NCBI RefSeq assembly: GCF_006345805.1 | Contig: NC_043012.1 | Span: 3,596,001 to 3,660,000, forward strand | Source of the DNA: Octopus sinensis | Lineage: Eukaryota | Reading direction: 5' to 3' | Length of the DNA stretch: 64,000 nt | Shown: positions 61,951 to 64,000 of the stretch, in pieces | How positions within the stretch are numbered: position 1 is the first letter of the stretch | How the letters are laid out: each line of letters opens with the position of its first letter | Translations under genes and position numbers: made by a program | The notes under the pieces: generated by a model | Databases searched by the model: none | Told to the model about the DNA's origin: nothing | What the model saw: only the letters and a program-made list of their open reading frames with translations

Positions 61951-62988
61951 TTACAGATACTCGTATTGTTTTGCTAGGCTTTAAAAAAAAATGAACATAA
62001 TTTATCTATTTATGGTCTAACAAAAGTTAAGACCCATTCTGCATTGCACATAAATACACACACACACACACACACATATATACATATACACGCGTGTACA
62101 TACTCCCCACGTACATGCATATGCAATGTGCATGCCTATTCAACATGCAACATACAAACATATACTTGCTGCACATACATAATCCCCTCGTGCACCTGCA
62201 TAGACTTACAGGAAGAATCTGTAACGTAACCATTATTTCGATTCTAAATTCTTCCTGTAGTCTTTTCTGCTGTGGTTTTCAGAGTTTCATTTTTCTTTCG
62301 TTCCCCACCTCACCTCCACCATCTTATTGTTACTTTAAGAATTCTTATTTGCCAACTGTTAAATTCCAGACTTTTCTCTCAAAGACAACTGGTAATCGAT
62401 TATTTTAGAAAGACATTCATTGAAATTTGAAGTTTGTTTTGTTTTTGTTTTTGTTTCATTTTGTTTCAATTTTGGAGTAAAATGGTATTTTTCTTTCTTG
62501 TTTCCTTTTTTTTTTCTTTTTGCTGTTGTTGTTGTTTTGGCTTAGACACATTACTGATAGCAAATATCACTTATTTCTGCCATGAACTTAAGTCACAATA
62601 ACAACAATGACAACAACAAGAACAGCAACTTCATTAATGATTGTTTCATCAAATGAGAGTATGAGTGTGTCTATTTTAAAATGCTTCTTTTGATGTCTTC
62701 ATTACAGAATCTATTTATTGGAGAAAAATCTCCAGGACTCCAAACTGAAACCGCTTCATGCACTATATCATTATCAAAAACTGCAACTTAATTTATTTTG
62801 ATTTTGTTGTTGTTGCTGGTATTATTATTATTATTATTTTTATTTGTGTGTGTATGTGTTTCTTGTTGGAAAATCAATTAAAATTTTGAACATTTAGTTT
62901 TGAGGATTCTCTTACTTTTTGACTTTTACTAATTTATTGCTGTTTTTGTCAATACTTTTACTTACAAGATCTTACTGTTTATATATAT

Positions 62989-63367
62989 AGGCGCAGGAGT
63001 GGCTGTGTGGTATGTAGCCTGCTTACCAACCACATGGTTCCGGGTTCAGTCCCACTGAGTGGCACCTTGGGCAAGTGTCTTCTACTATAGCCTCGGGCTG
63101 ACCAAAGCCTTGTGAGTGGATTTGGTAGATGGAAACTGAAAGAAGCCTGTCATATATATGTATATATATGTGTGTTTGTGTGTCTGTGTTTGTTCCTCCA
63201 ACATCGCTTGACAACCGATGCTGGTGTGTCTACGTCTATGTAACTTAGCGGTTTGGCCAATAGAATAAGTACTAGGCTTACAAAGAATAAGTCTTGGGGT
63301 CAATTTGCTCAACTAAAGGTGGTGCTCCAGCATGGCCGCAGTCAAATGACGGAAACAGGTAAAAGAG
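62989..63367 (+). mobile_element. OR-type SINE
   Basis: Full length. Confidence 0.92.
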
Positions 63368-63394
63368 TATATTTAATATATATATATATATCAC

Positions 63395-63515
63395 TAGCCA
63401 CTACACATTCTTTATTTTCTCTCCTTGTTTCTTTGTGTTCCTTTCTGTGGAAGAGCGTAAGCTCGAAACGTTAAATACTTTTTCACTTCCCGAGCATTAT
63501 ACTAATACATCTGTA
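63395..63515 (+). mobile_element. Penelope-like terminal repeat fragment with a hammerhead-like motif (63442-63475)
   Basis: TTT-CTGTGGA-A-GAGC(gtaa)GCTC-GAA-A-CG-T-T-AAA in T-rich context; A6 is substituted. Confidence 0.5.
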
Positions 63516-63524
63516 TACTGAGAC

Positions 63525-63855
63525 CCTCTTTGGTCATGACTGACTGTGGGATTGCACCTAGAAAGTTGCCCTCCCAGGTACAAGTCCAGGCAAAGTTATT
63601 TATGGAAGATCAGCAGTCGCCCATGCATACCGGCCTCCCCTCTCCACACCACCAGTGTTATCCAAGGGAAAGGCAATGGCCGATACATTTTGGCACCTGT
63701 GATGTCACAACTCATTTGTACAGCTGAGTGAACTGGAGCAACGTGAAATAAAGTGTCTTGCTCAAGAACACAACACGCAGCCTGGTCCAGGATTTAAACT
63801 CACAATCACACAATTGTAAGTTCGACACTCTAACCACTGAACCATGCGCCTTCAC
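63525..63855 (-). mobile_element. tRNA/CORE-headed SINE, tail type A
   Basis: Reverse complement: gtgaaggcgcatggttcagtggttagagtg...cttgagcaagacactttatttcacg...cactcagctgtacaaatgagt. Confidence 0.85.
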
Positions 63856-64000
63856 CAAATGTATAAATAATAGAAAAATAAACTACAGAAATAAACCCCA
63901 ATGTGATTTAAAGTGAGGTACTCAAGTACTTTAGAGTGTCTGGTCTGTTGTTCTCCTTTCTAGCTACTTCCACTCTTTCTTTAAAATTAAGTATTAAAGA

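Overview
AT-rich, repeat-dense eukaryotic (animal) genomic DNA. The SINE, RTE and mariner families match those I recognise from coleoid cephalopods, so it is most likely Octopus (inference, no search run). Most of the window is intronic or intergenic. It holds microsatellites, at least five tRNA-headed SINE types, many 5'-truncated RTE LINE 3' ends, decayed Tc1/mariner copies, TTAA-flanked MITEs and one non-autonomous Helitron. Nearly all ORFs in the supplied track are repeat artefacts. One spliced minus-strand protein-coding gene is supportable: ATG at 23059, a ~17 kb first intron, then exons 6092-6028 and 5484-5421. These give MAAAATVSPGPSGSDGNVRFECRRTIDKKFRRDAVWALLELQTVVKWQEKGKLDLAE..., which I cannot identify; I could not locate its further exons. 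A CpG-rich zone at ~20.5-25.3 kb suggests a head-to-head promoter with a divergent plus-strand gene, whose exons I can only propose tentatively. The most striking signal is a set of type I minimal hammerhead-ribozyme-like motifs in four different repeat families. One of these is a tRNA-headed SINE whose 3' half carries the motif and which at two of three loci sits behind an inverted partial copy of its own 3' end, as Penelope-like elements do. The window also contains three long, near-perfect fold-back duplications. Repeat boundaries are approximate (about +/-10-20 bp) unless a junction is stated.
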